Source: Candidatus Multivoradales bacterium (lineage in GTDB: Bacteria; Acidobacteriota; Thermoanaerobaculia; Multivoradales; J023). From it: a DNA stretch of 64,000 bases. Made by a program: the position numbers and the translations under genes. This document shows positions 1 through 9,778 of the stretch, one piece after another (the stretch's first letter is position 1; each line of letters starts with the position of its first letter). Below the pieces are notes generated by a model, which was not told the origin of the DNA, ran no database searches, and was given only the letters and a program-made list of their open reading frames with translations. Location: NCBI GenBank assembly GCA_965248925.1, contig CBDFLE010000006.1:1536001-1600000 (forward strand). Direction: 5' to 3'.

Positions 1-719
1 CCGGTGGATGTCTTGACGAAATCGGCGCCGGCCATCATCGCCACCAGGCTGGCGCGGTAGACATTGCGCAGGGTGCCGAGTTCGCCGGTGGCGATAATCG
101 CTTTCAGATGCGCTTCGCCGCAGGCCTGGCGGAAGCTCTTGACCTCGTCGTAGAGTTCTTGCCACTGGCCGGTGAGCACTAACTGACGGGTGACGACGAT
201 GTCGATCTCACTCGCGCCGTCGGCGACCGATGCGCGGATTTCCTCGATGCGTTGCTGACGCGGCGACAAGCCGGCCGGGAAACCGGTCGACACCGCCGCC
301 ACCGGGATGCCGCTGCCGGCGAGCGCTTCGACCGCGGTGGCCACGTAGCGATGGTAGACGCACACCGCGCCGACCTTCAGATCCAGCTCGCCAACACCTA
401 TCTGGCGCAGCAAATCGCGGCGCACCGGCCGCCGCGCCTTGGCGCACAAGCGGCGCACGCGTCCCGGAGTATCGTCCCCCGACAGGGTGGTCAGATCGAT
501 GCACGAAACCGCTTTCAGCAACCAGCCGGCCTGGTGATCTTTCTTGACGCTTCGCCGGCCGCCGAGAGTGGCGGCGCGACGTTCGACGGCGCTCTTGTTG
601 ACTCGTACGTCACGCAGCCAGTCGGCCTGGAAGGCGATGCCAGGGTTGCGCACCAGGGTGTGCTCGGACGAATCCTCGGGGGCGCGGACTTGCGCCAGAC
701 GAACGGGTTCGGGAGACAT
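1..719 (-). CDS. deoC: Deoxyribose-phosphate aldolase (long DERA type), 3' end runs off the window
   Basis: Not in the ORF track. Manual translation gives MSPEPVRL...RNPGIAFQADWLRDVRVNKSAVERRAATLGGRRSVKKDHQAGWLLKAVSCIDLTTLSGDDT...MMAGADFVKTSTG. GAGG RBS upstream; alternative ATG at 725. Confidence 0.93.
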   Translation of the reverse strand, partial: MSPEPVRLAQVRAPEDSSEHTLVRNPGIAFQADWLRDVRVNKSAVERRAATLGGRRSVKKDHQAGWLLKAVSCIDLTTLSGDDTPGRVRRLCAKARRPVRRDLLRQIGVGELDLKVGAVCVYHRYVATAVEALAGSGIPVAAVSTGFPAGLSPRQQRIEEIRASVADGASEIDIVVTRQLVLTGQWQELYDEVKSFRQACGEAHLKAIIATGELGTLRNVYRASLVAMMAGADFVKTST

Positions 720-824
720 TTCCATTTCCTCTCGGCCAACTTCAGCGTTTGCGTCGGATAGCAGCGGCCAACCATTCTAGCGCAGTCCCAAGCACTGCAC
801 CCGCCGGTGGTACTCTGCCCGCCA

Positions 825-1886
825 ATGCGCCCCGATTTCTCAAAGCTACGGCACTTCTGGCTGCTCTGGGCCTTGTACTCGCTGGTGGTGGCGATCCTCT
901 TGTTCGCCATCTTCGAACTGGGTATCTTCGCCCTCTCCCGACAGCCGCAGTGGCTTCGCTCCTGGGGACCCAAGCGAGCCCTGCGATCGGTCTATCTGCA
1001 GCGCCGCGAGGTGATTCAAGCCAGTGCGCAGTGCGCCCGCTGGGATGAGGAGCTGAGCTACACCCTGCGCCCCGGCCAATGCCGGTTTAGCAATGTCGAG
1101 TTCTCGACCGAATACCGGATCAACCAGACAGGATTGCGCGACGATCGCAGCTCGCTGGTAGGGCCGCAGGTAATTGTCCTGGGCGACTCCCACGCTATGG
1201 GCTGGGGGGTCGAGCAAGAGGAGACCTTCGCCCAGTTACTGGAACGCTCGACCGACCTGCGGGTACTCAACGCGGCCATCTCCTCCTACGGTACCGCCCG
1301 AGAGATGCTCATGCTGCGCCGCCTCGATACCAGCCAGCTGCGGCTGCTGGTGGTGCAGTATGGCCAGAACGACTTCCACGAGAATGGCTCGTTCCTCGGA
1401 ACCGATGGTGAGTCTAAACGGCAGCCACCGAAGCGCTTCAAGCGTAGTGTCGACCAGCACCTCAAGAACCGACGCTACCGACTCGGCCAATATCTACTCA
1501 GCTGCCTGCGCCTCGAGGACAGGCCGGTCAGCCTGCTGCCGGCACCGCACCGAGACGGTGAGGAAGCAAAACGATTTCTCGATGTGCTGCTAGGCGCCAC
1601 CGCCCTACCGCCAAAGGTCCCAGTGCTGGTTTTTGAGATCAACGGCTATGCCCGCAACGACCGCGGTTTCGGCAACGCTCTGCGCCGGCTTCTAGCCGAA
1701 CGCCAGATCGAACGCCAGATCGAGGTGATGAACGTCGCCGACTTTCTCACCACCGAGCACTACCATGTGCTCGACGATCATCTCGCCGCCGCCGGCCACC
1801 GCCAACTGGCCACCGCCATCGAAGGGCGCCTCGGTTCTCTGCTGGCGAGTGCCGATTCTGAGCCCGGTGGTCAGCAGCCCGACTGA
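825..1886 (+). CDS. SGNH/GDSL hydrolase family protein with N-terminal TM anchor
   Basis: LGDSHAMG, VLNAAISSYGT, YGQNDF and DDHL blocks. ATG at 825 preferred over GTG at 807. Confidence 0.8.
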   Translation: MRPDFSKLRHFWLLWALYSLVVAILLFAIFELGIFALSRQPQWLRSWGPKRALRSVYLQRREVIQASAQCARWDEELSYTLRPGQCRFSNVEFSTEYRINQTGLRDDRSSLVGPQVIVLGDSHAMGWGVEQEETFAQLLERSTDLRVLNAAISSYGTAREMLMLRRLDTSQLRLLVVQYGQNDFHENGSFLGTDGESKRQPPKRFKRSVDQHLKNRRYRLGQYLLSCLRLEDRPVSLLPAPHRDGEEAKRFLDVLLGATALPPKVPVLVFEINGYARNDRGFGNALRRLLAERQIERQIEVMNVADFLTTEHYHVLDDHLAAAGHRQLATAIEGRLGSLLASADSEPGGQQPD

Positions 1887-2062
1887 CACCAGCGCGGCCC
1901 GCCCCGATCCAGGTCGGCCGCCTCCACGGCTCTCCTGAACGGTCGTTCGGACGGTGTTGAGGCGTTGCCAACCAGGTCGAGCGTCGATATCATCCAGCGG
2001 TTTCCGCTGCCTTGGGCCGCCTTCTCCGGCCACCTGAAAGACACAACTCAAAGGACATCGCC

Positions 2063-3211
2063 GTGGATTTTTCGCTCACCGAAGACCAACTCGCCGTCCA
2101 AGAAGCGGCGCGAGAATTCGCCATTGGCGTGATCGATCCGATCGTCGATGAAACTGACGAAAACCAGCGCTTCCCTCTTAAGGAGATCCTCCAGGCAGGC
2201 GAGCTGGGCTTTCTCGGGGTGATCTTCCCCGAGGAGTACGGCGGCGCCGGACTTGGTTACGTCGAGTATGTGCTGGTGATCACCGAGTTATCGATCGTCG
2301 ACCCTTCGGTTGGCATCTCGATCGCCGCCCACAACTCGCTGTGCTCCAACCACATCTACAAGTTCGGCAGCGAAGCGCAGCGCCAGCGCTGGTTGGTGCC
2401 GCTGGCCAAGGGAGAGAAGATCGGCGCCTGGAGCCTGACCGAACCCGACGCCGGCAGCGACGCCGCCGGCACCCGCAGCCGTGCAGAGAAAGTGGACGGC
2501 GGCTGGATCCTCAACGGCTCGAAGACCTTCACTACCCACGGCTCGGTGGGGGATGTCTGCGTGGTCTTCGCGGTCACCGACCCGGACGGCCCCCGGCACC
2601 ACAACATCTCGGCCTTCGCCATCGACAAGGGTACCGCGGGCTTCCGTCCCGGCAAGAAGGAAAACAAGCTCGGCATTCGCGCTTCCGACACCGCCGAGGT
2701 GGTGATGGAGAACTGCTTCGTCAGTGACGACAGCTTGCTCGGCGAGCGCGGCGACGGATTTATTCAAGCCCTAGAAATTCTCGACGGCGGGCGGATCTCG
2801 ATCGCCGCCCTCGGCCTGGGCACCGCCAAGGGGGCTTTCCAAGCGGCCCGCGACTATGCCAAGCAACGGCAGCAGTTCGGCAAGCCCATCGCCCAATTTC
2901 AAGCGGTGCAGTTCATCCTCGCCGAGATGGCCAACCGGATCGCCGCCGCTGAGATTCTGGTGCTGGCAGCCGCCCACGCCATGGACCGTGGCCAGTCGGT
3001 CAGTCGCTTGGCCGCCCAAGCCAAGCTCTACGCTGGCGAAGCGGCGGTGTTCTGCGGCGACCAAGGGGTGCAGATTCACGGCGGCTACGGCTTCATCAAG
3101 GACTACCGGGCCGAGAAGTTCTACCGCGACTCCAAGATCTGCACCATCGGCGAAGGGACCAGCGAGATCCAACGCCTGGTGATCGCTCGCCAGCTACTGC
3201 GAGGCCAATAA
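2063..3211 (+). CDS. Acyl-CoA dehydrogenase (short/branched-chain type)
   Basis: LTEPDAGSD, LNGSKTFTT, GRISIAA, QIHGGYG and IGEGTSEIQR motifs. GTG start after AAGGA. Confidence 0.95.
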   Translation: MDFSLTEDQLAVQEAAREFAIGVIDPIVDETDENQRFPLKEILQAGELGFLGVIFPEEYGGAGLGYVEYVLVITELSIVDPSVGISIAAHNSLCSNHIYKFGSEAQRQRWLVPLAKGEKIGAWSLTEPDAGSDAAGTRSRAEKVDGGWILNGSKTFTTHGSVGDVCVVFAVTDPDGPRHHNISAFAIDKGTAGFRPGKKENKLGIRASDTAEVVMENCFVSDDSLLGERGDGFIQALEILDGGRISIAALGLGTAKGAFQAARDYAKQRQQFGKPIAQFQAVQFILAEMANRIAAAEILVLAAAHAMDRGQSVSRLAAQAKLYAGEAAVFCGDQGVQIHGGYGFIKDYRAEKFYRDSKICTIGEGTSEIQRLVIARQLLRGQ

Positions 3212-3631
3212 ATGATCGGCAAAATCGACCATATCGGCATCGCGGTGCGCTCGATCGATGAAGCCAGGGGGCTCTATGAAGCCCTCGGCCTGGAGATCGA
3301 GCGGATCGAAGAAGTTCCCCAAGAAGAGGTCCGGGTGGCAATGATCGCATGCGGCGACAGCCATATCGAGCTGCTCGAACCCACCGCGCCCAGTTCGCCG
3401 ATCGCCCGCTTTCTCGAGCAACGGGGCCCCGGCATGCACCACCTCTGCCTGGCCAGCGACGACATCCAGACCGACGACAGCCGCCTCCGCGATGCCGGCC
3501 TGCGGGTGTTACGCCCTGAACCAACCCGCGGCGCCGGTGGCTGCTGGGTGCAATTCGTCCATCCCAAGAGTGCCGGTGGCGTGCTGCTTGAACTCTCGCA
3601 ACCAGCGACCGACCCAGACCCCGTCGACTGA
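3212..3631 (+). CDS. mce: Methylmalonyl-CoA epimerase
   Basis: IDHIGIAV, IELLEP, GPGMHHLC and FVHPKSAGGVLLEL (VOC fold). Confidence 0.92.
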   Translation: MIGKIDHIGIAVRSIDEARGLYEALGLEIERIEEVPQEEVRVAMIACGDSHIELLEPTAPSSPIARFLEQRGPGMHHLCLASDDIQTDDSRLRDAGLRVLRPEPTRGAGGCWVQFVHPKSAGGVLLELSQPATDPDPVD

Positions 3632-3993
3632 TGCAGCCCGGTAGCGTAGTAGTGGCTCACCTGCAGAGCCCCAGCGAGAAATACTGGGGCCGCCTACTCG
3701 CCATCTCCGGTGCCGGAGTCACCCTGCGCGGCATCCACCTGGGGAGCTTCGAAGACTGGCTGACCGCCATCGCCCAAAAGGGCCAACCCGACCTCGGACT
3801 GGTGACCGTGTTCTTCCCCCTGCACCGGGTCGAGCGGCTGTTCCTCGACGAGCAGGTCGGCGAGGTGGAATCCTACGCCCAGCAACTCGAACGCCGTACC
3901 GGGCGGGAGCTGGACGATCTCCTGCTAACATGCCGCCCAACCAACGACCTTCCCTTGCCACCCGCGATGTCACCCAAAGCCCCGGCAATATGA
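3631..3993 (+). CDS. Hypothetical protein, translationally coupled to mce
   Basis: TGATG overlap with mce; globular-looking sequence EKYWGRL...GVTLRGIHLGSFEDW...FFPLHRVER. Confidence 0.75.
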   Translation: MQPGSVVVAHLQSPSEKYWGRLLAISGAGVTLRGIHLGSFEDWLTAIAQKGQPDLGLVTVFFPLHRVERLFLDEQVGEVESYAQQLERRTGRELDDLLLTCRPTNDLPLPPAMSPKAPAI

Positions 3994-4091
3994 TGAGAGA
4001 TCTCTGCCCGGCAGCAGAGAAAATGGCCGAGGTTGGCCGGTCGCTGGCCAGCGCCACCGGTTGCGACGCGGCTACCAGAATCCCCTTTCGC

Positions 4092-4928
4092 TCAGAATTC
4101 GACGTAACGCAAGAAGAACGCCTCGGGCTTGAGGGTGCCGCTGAGCAGCACGTTGGCTAGCTCGGGGGTGAGGGTAAACTGGCCACCGCGGGCACCGTTG
4201 CTGGCGGTCATCAAAATCTCGAGCCCGGCCAATGAGCTGGCCGTGCCTTCGCGCAGCTGCACTAGCGCGTTGGCACAGTCGCGCATCGCCTTGAAGACCG
4301 TCGCTTCGGTATCGGTGCCGATGTCGACCAGCATGAAATTCGGGCGACTACCCTGGTAGATGCCAAGCCTTTCTAGATCTTGATCGCGCAGGTAGCTGAG
4401 CAACTCAGTGGCCAGCTGCTCTTGGGGATAGGGCTCGCGCCGCAGCTTGCGGAAATCGACAAAACCGGCCACCGTGGCGGCAAAATCAGCCGGGTCACCG
4501 GCGACTCGGACCAAGGTCGCTGGCGGCTTGTTTGACGGTAGGGCCAGCTTGCCTCCGGTCCGCTGAACCAACTGGCCCAGGGTCTCTCGCTCAGCGGCCG
4601 CCTTGTTGGTTTTCAACTCTATGACTTGCCGCGTCTCGATCAATCTGGCACGGCCATAGTTGTCTCTATTGACCTCTTCGGTCTTGGCAATGTCGATTTC
4701 CGCCAGGTCGAGCACCGCTTCAACTCCGTTAAGCAAGGTCACATGGGCCTTGTCGCCGTCGACGCGGTACTCACCCTCAGTACTCAGCTGAGTACCGTCT
4801 TTCAAGAAGATCAGATAGCCCCATGCCGGACTGGTCACCCAAAAGGCACCCAGCAAGACGGCAAATAATGCCGTGAGCAACACTCTCACACCCTGATTCT
4901 TCATCGCCTGGCGAGTTTCTTCGGCCAT
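4092..4928 (-). CDS. Exported hypothetical protein
   Basis: AGGAG RBS, hydrophobic signal-like N-terminus, YLIFLKDG beta motif. Confidence 0.75.
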   Translation of the reverse strand: MAEETRQAMKNQGVRVLLTALFAVLLGAFWVTSPAWGYLIFLKDGTQLSTEGEYRVDGDKAHVTLLNGVEAVLDLAEIDIAKTEEVNRDNYGRARLIETRQVIELKTNKAAAERETLGQLVQRTGGKLALPSNKPPATLVRVAGDPADFAATVAGFVDFRKLRREPYPQEQLATELLSYLRDQDLERLGIYQGSRPNFMLVDIGTDTEATVFKAMRDCANALVQLREGTASSLAGLEILMTASNGARGGQFTLTPELANVLLSGTLKPEAFFLRYVEF

Positions 4929-5059
4929 CTTGTACTCTCCTGCTTGAGGCAGCGTTCGGGATCCGGAGCCTATGATAACCTGCCGCGCGCTCGGGGGTCG
5001 CCGACGATGATGCGCAAGCGCTGCTCTTCAGCCACCGAACCGTCCCGGAATTTTTCCAG

Positions 5060-6178
5060 ATGACCTACGATACTTCCCGAGAAGGTCTGCTTCTACTAGA
5101 GGATGGCACCGTTTTCACCGGCTTTGCCAGGGTGCCGGGCACCGCTTTCGGCGAAGCGGTGTTCAATACCTCGATGACCGGCTACCAGGAGATCCTCACC
5201 GATCCTTCCTACCGCCGGCAAATCGTCGTCATGACCTTGCCCCATATCGGCAACTACGGCACTAGCCGCCGCGCCAGCGAGTCGCGGCGCCCCTGGGTTG
5301 AAGCCTTCGTCTGCCGCCGCTTCACCCGGCGCGCCTCCGGTTGGGGCAGTGAGCAGGACTTGCTGGACTACCTCGAGAGCCACGGTATTCCAGCCCTCGA
5401 TGGCCTCGACAGCCGCGCGGTGGTGCGCCACTTGCGGACCCACGGGGCGATGCGCGCGGTGGTCTCCAGCGCCGTCGACGAACTCGATCGACTACGCGCC
5501 GAACTCGCCGCACAACCAGCGATGGCCGGCTTGGCATTGGTCGACGAGGTCACCAGCGAGCGGCCGGTCGTGGTGGAGCCGAGCAGCGGCGTAGCCCGCT
5601 TCCACGTCGCGCTCTACGACTTCGGCGCCAAAGCGTCGATCGCTGAGCAACTGGTCGAATACGGTGCCCGAGTCACTATCGTTCCAGCCCGCACCACGGC
5701 GAAGACGATCCTGGAATTGGGGGTCGATGGGGTCATGCTCTCGAACGGCCCCGGCGACCCCCAGCCACTCACCGAGATCATCGCCGAAGTGCGCCAGCTG
5801 GTCGACTCCGGCTTGCCTCTGTTCGGCATCTGTCTCGGTCACCAACTGCTCGCTCTGGCCCTCGGCGGGAGCACTTACAAACTCAAGTTCGGCCACCATG
5901 GCGGCAACCAGCCAGTGCGCGATCTCGACAGCGGCAAGATCGCCATCACCAGCCAGAACCACGGCTTCGCCGTGGAGTCCGACAGCCTGCCGACAAGTTG
6001 CCGGGTGACCCACCTGAATCTCAACGACAACACGGTAGAAGGTCTGGCCTTGGAGGGCCGGCCGGTGTTCTCAGTGCAGTACCACCCTGAAGCTGCTCCC
6101 GGCCCACACGATTCTCGCGACCTCTTCGGCCGCTTCCTCGGAAGCCTGCGCCCAGCGGCGGCAAAGAGCGCCAGTTGA
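5060..6178 (+). CDS. carA: Carbamoyl-phosphate synthase small subunit
   Basis: [54 protein letters not shown]. Confidence 0.97.
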   Translation: MTYDTSREGLLLLEDGTVFTGFARVPGTAFGEAVFNTSMTGYQEILTDPSYRRQIVVMTLPHIGNYGTSRRASESRRPWVEAFVCRRFTRRASGWGSEQDLLDYLESHGIPALDGLDSRAVVRHLRTHGAMRAVVSSAVDELDRLRAELAAQPAMAGLALVDEVTSERPVVVEPSSGVARFHVALYDFGAKASIAEQLVEYGARVTIVPARTTAKTILELGVDGVMLSNGPGDPQPLTEIIAEVRQLVDSGLPLFGICLGHQLLALALGGSTYKLKFGHHGGNQPVRDLDSGKIAITSQNHGFAVESDSLPTSCRVTHLNLNDNTVEGLALEGRPVFSVQYHPEAAPGPHDSRDLFGRFLGSLRPAAAKSAS

Positions 6179-7428
6179 GCCACCGAGCACTGCTGCGCGG
6201 CCGCCTACCGCTGCCTTGGGCTTTGGCCTGGCGCTACATGCGCGGCCAACGCAGCCAACTGCTGGGCTCGACCGCCCGCGCTGCCTTGCTAGCCACTACT
6301 TTGGGAGTCATGGCGATGGTCGTGGCGATGGCACTGATGACCGGCTACACCGGCGAGTTGCGACGCAAACTGATCGGCTTGCAAGCTGAGATCGTCGCTC
6401 AACCTCTGGCCGCCGACGCTTTCAGCCGGCAGCGGCAGAAGATTGAGCAAGTGACGGCCCTGGCCGGAGTGGCACGGGTCAGCCGCGCAGCCTATGGCGA
6501 GGGCTCGGTCTCAGCCGGTGGTGAAGATCTGGCGGTGACTCTCAAGGGTATTGAGCCGCGAGTCGACCGAAGCTTCGGCGACTCGGCGGCGCTGCTCGGG
6601 GGCAATGGCGAGGAACCCGCAAACGCTGGCGACGGCCTGGCAAAGGCATTGATCGGCGCCGAACTGGCCCAGCGCCTGGGCGCCAAAGCGGGCGATCCGC
6701 TGCGTTTGGTGGTGCTCGGCATGGGTGGCCAGAGGGCCCGTTTCCGCTATCGCTCGATGCGGGTAGTGGATACCTTCAGCACCGGCTTCGCCGAGTTCGA
6801 CAACAGCTGGATGGTGCTCGACCGCAGGGTGCTCGAACAGCTGCGGGGGGATACCGGAATCAACGTACTCGAGGTCAAGCTGGTAGACCCTGCCACCACC
6901 GACGCCACAGCCGCCAAGATCGAACAGTTGCTCGGCGCCGACTTCGTGATCTCGAACTGGCAGCGCCTCAATCGTGAGCTTTTTACCGCTCTGGCGTTGC
7001 AGGAGTTCGCCCTATTTCTGGTCCTGGGCCTGATCGTGGTGGTTTCGACCTTCAACATCGCCTCGACCTTGGTGATTCTGGTGCGCGAGCGCATGCGCGA
7101 CATTGGCGTGCTCGGTGCCCTTGGCCTCGAAGGCCGCAAACTGTGGTGGATCTTCGTCACCTATGGGGCGATGCTCGGCACGCTTGGCATCGCTCTCGGA
7201 GTGGGCCTGGGCACCGCCATTTGCTGGGCGGTGACTTACTTCGAGATCGTTAGTTTTCCGCCAGAAATCGCCGCTATCTATTTCATCGACGCGGTACCCT
7301 TCCGGGTCGAGGCGGCGGATCTGATGGCTATTGTCGGCTTTGCCCTGGCAGTGACCTTCGCCGCCTCCACCCTGCCAGCCCTTGGCGCGGCGCGAGTGCG
7401 GCCAGCCACCGCATTACGCTATGAGTAG
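6175..7428 (+). CDS. lolE: LolC/E-type lipoprotein-release ABC transporter permease
   Basis: Four-TM MacB/FtsX layout; FNIASTLVILVRERMRDIGVL; C-terminal PALGAARVRPATALRYE. Confidence 0.85.
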   Translation: MSHRALLRGRLPLPWALAWRYMRGQRSQLLGSTARAALLATTLGVMAMVVAMALMTGYTGELRRKLIGLQAEIVAQPLAADAFSRQRQKIEQVTALAGVARVSRAAYGEGSVSAGGEDLAVTLKGIEPRVDRSFGDSAALLGGNGEEPANAGDGLAKALIGAELAQRLGAKAGDPLRLVVLGMGGQRARFRYRSMRVVDTFSTGFAEFDNSWMVLDRRVLEQLRGDTGINVLEVKLVDPATTDATAAKIEQLLGADFVISNWQRLNRELFTALALQEFALFLVLGLIVVVSTFNIASTLVILVRERMRDIGVLGALGLEGRKLWWIFVTYGAMLGTLGIALGVGLGTAICWAVTYFEIVSFPPEIAAIYFIDAVPFRVEAADLMAIVGFALAVTFAASTLPALGAARVRPATALRYE

Positions 7429-7455
7429 GCACCGCTTGGTTGCCAAAGCAGTGGC

Positions 7456-7576
7456 GGCAGAGCGGTGCTAGTTGGCAGAGCAGTGCTAGTTGGCAGAGCA
7501 GTGCTAGTTGGCAGAGCGGTGCTAGTGGCAGAACGGTGCTAGTGGCGGAGCAGTGTTGGCGGTAGAGCAGTGTTGC
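7456..7576. repeat. Intergenic tandem repeat, ~7 copies of a 17-18 bp unit GGCAGAGCRGTGCTAGT(T)
   Basis: Visible directly; no spacers; copies degenerate towards the ends. Confidence 0.9.
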
Positions 7577-7601
7577 GAGTAAACCGCCACACGATACGAA
7601 C

Positions 7602-8003
7602 TCAGCTCTGACGTTTGAGCTTGATGGTGCCGGTATCGAAGGGCTTGCCGTCGTCGAGTTCAGCATGGGTACCGCTGAACTCACCCCCGGTGACCTGACC
7701 CTCGAAGACGAACTTGCGCCGCTTGTACGAGTTGAAGACCTCCCCCTGCAGCGGACCGTCGATCAGGCTGCCCTCAGCGGTGCCTTCCCAGACCTTCGGC
7801 TTACCTTGCCAGTCGAAATAGAAGCTGACCGCCCAAGTATCCTCGCCAGTAGCCTTGAATCGCGCTTCGATGGGTCCCTTGACTCCCTGCGAGGTCCAGT
7901 TGAACTCGCCGGCAAGGATGGTGGCTTCGTCGGCCGCCAAACTCGAGAACGGAGCAATGGTCAGGAACAGAACAGCTGCTACCAAAAGGATACGGGTCTT
8001 CAT
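7602..8003 (-). CDS. Small secreted beta-rich hypothetical protein
   Basis: GGAG RBS; signal peptide MKTRILLVAAVLFLTIAPFSSLA. Confidence 0.8.
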   Translation of the reverse strand: MKTRILLVAAVLFLTIAPFSSLAADEATILAGEFNWTSQGVKGPIEARFKATGEDTWAVSFYFDWQGKPKVWEGTAEGSLIDGPLQGEVFNSYKRRKFVFEGQVTGGEFSGTHAELDDGKPFDTGTIKLKRQS

Positions 8004-8073
8004 AGGGCTCTCCAAGAATCTGCAATGGCTCTTCGCGCGTCTTCTTTGATACGACTGACAACGACCAGGGTTA

Positions 8074-9705
8074 TCAGCCGCCATCGACCCAAGCGCTAAA
8101 CCCGGCAAAGGCGGCACGACGAGCCGCGCCGGGTTTCACTTGGTCGGCCAGCGCCAAGCGTTGATGAGCCAAGCTGAGGAAGGTGCGCAGCGCTTTCAGC
8201 CGACGTTCGACCAGGCTTGGCGGGAACTTCAGCAACAGGTCGGAGAAGGCTTCCAGCGAGGCCAGTTGGCGCTCGGCGTTGCGGCGCTCTTGATTGAGCC
8301 GCCCGCTACTCGACGAGGCGATGTGGGCGCGGATAGCCCGCTCACCAGCAACCCCCGCATCGGCGGCGCTGATCTCGTCGCGGAGCGAGGGATCGGCCGC
8401 CAAGCGTTGGCGCACTTCCACCCCGTGCAAGCGCTCGCTACGCTCCAGAGCTCGTTGACGACCGAGCACCTGACTGGCGTAGAGAAAAACCACTTCCTGA
8501 GCCAACCGCACGGCCGAGCGTGGAAAGGCGCCACGGGTCGACGATTGCCGTCCCAGGGCCTCACCCACCAACGCCTTGCCGACATGGGCTTCGAGTTGCG
8601 CAGCGCTCGCTGGACGGCGGTCGCTATCGCCACGGACATAGGCTTCGATCTCGCTAACATCACCGAGGCCCGCCGAAACCGCCAGGCCAGCGTGGGCGCT
8701 GAGTAGGCTCAGGGCTTGGGGATAGTAGATGGCGAAGATCCTCAGCGGCTTCGCATCGTCCACCAACGCCGTCAACAGCGCACCCGGATCGGCACCGGCC
8801 AAGGCGGCAAGAAAGAGCCGCGGTGGATTGTCGACTACTTGCTGAGCACTCTCGCGGAGAGTCCGCGACAACGGCAGCAGCGGCAGCAGATCCTCTAGTT
8901 CGCCATGGCCGGCCAGCAGGGCCATCTCGTCGAGCCCTTCGTTGATCACTCGGCGCAGGCGACGAGTATCGCCGAAGAGCAACCGCCAGCCAGCCTCACC
9001 AAAAGCCAGCACCTGACGCAGGCTCGCACCGCCGGAAGCGCCGGCCAAGGCCAGTAGGCTCTGCCGTAGATCTTCTGTGTCGAGTTGGCTGGCCGCCTGC
9101 CCAGGCAAGGTGTCGAGGGCCCGGTGTGCCACTTTCGAAGTAGTTTCGCTAGCCAACCGACCGGGGCGACTCGCGGCAGCGACACGTAGAGCGTCGAGGC
9201 CAAAAGCGGCGGGCAACAACGCCAAACGACCCCAGGAATCTACCGCCGTATCGGCCGCCAACTGGCGCCAGCCATAGCCCGACGGCAGCCCTTTGGCGAG
9301 CCACTGCTCACCGGTTAGAGGGTTGCGCGGCGAGCTACCCTCGCCGTCAGCCGGCTCGGGTGCAGCCAGCTCGACACCGTGGGTGGCCAGTTGCGCGGCT
9401 TCCGCGCCGACCCGCGCCGCCTGCTGGTCGAGCTGCTGCGCCAAGCGGCTGGCGAGGCCGGCACCGGGCACCCACCCCTGCAGCGCCCCCGCCGTCACTC
9501 TCGCCGTCTTGGCCCCTACCTGCACTCCAACACACACCGCGCGCGCGGCGACGTTGGAAGACAGGGCCACTGAGCCGGCCAGCGACCGGCCGGCCTGGCC
9601 GAGCTGTCCCAGGCTACTGCTGAGCACCCCTTGGCCAAGCACCACGTCGTCGAGAGAAAGAAAGCTCTGGGCCGCCTTGGTAGCCACTTCTTTGAACAGG
9701 CTCAT
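8074..9705 (-). CDS. Ala/Leu-rich helical hypothetical protein (543 aa)
   Basis: Long ORF with GGAGG RBS, 73 bp downstream of the co-oriented 9779-13018 gene. Confidence 0.75.
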   Translation of the reverse strand: MSLFKEVATKAAQSFLSLDDVVLGQGVLSSSLGQLGQAGRSLAGSVALSSNVAARAVCVGVQVGAKTARVTAGALQGWVPGAGLASRLAQQLDQQAARVGAEAAQLATHGVELAAPEPADGEGSSPRNPLTGEQWLAKGLPSGYGWRQLAADTAVDSWGRLALLPAAFGLDALRVAAASRPGRLASETTSKVAHRALDTLPGQAASQLDTEDLRQSLLALAGASGGASLRQVLAFGEAGWRLLFGDTRRLRRVINEGLDEMALLAGHGELEDLLPLLPLSRTLRESAQQVVDNPPRLFLAALAGADPGALLTALVDDAKPLRIFAIYYPQALSLLSAHAGLAVSAGLGDVSEIEAYVRGDSDRRPASAAQLEAHVGKALVGEALGRQSSTRGAFPRSAVRLAQEVVFLYASQVLGRQRALERSERLHGVEVRQRLAADPSLRDEISAADAGVAGERAIRAHIASSSSGRLNQERRNAERQLASLEAFSDLLLKFPPSLVERRLKALRTFLSLAHQRLALADQVKPGAARRAAFAGFSAWVDGG

Positions 9706-9778
9706 CGTCGTCCTCCACAGATCCTGGCGCGGGCCGCGTCCAGCGCTCCCCCGGCCTGCCGCAAGCTAGTGTCCCACA

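Noticed and set aside
7456-7576. Possible CRISPR array
   Set aside because: The units are contiguous 17-18-mers with no unique spacers, and there are no cas genes.
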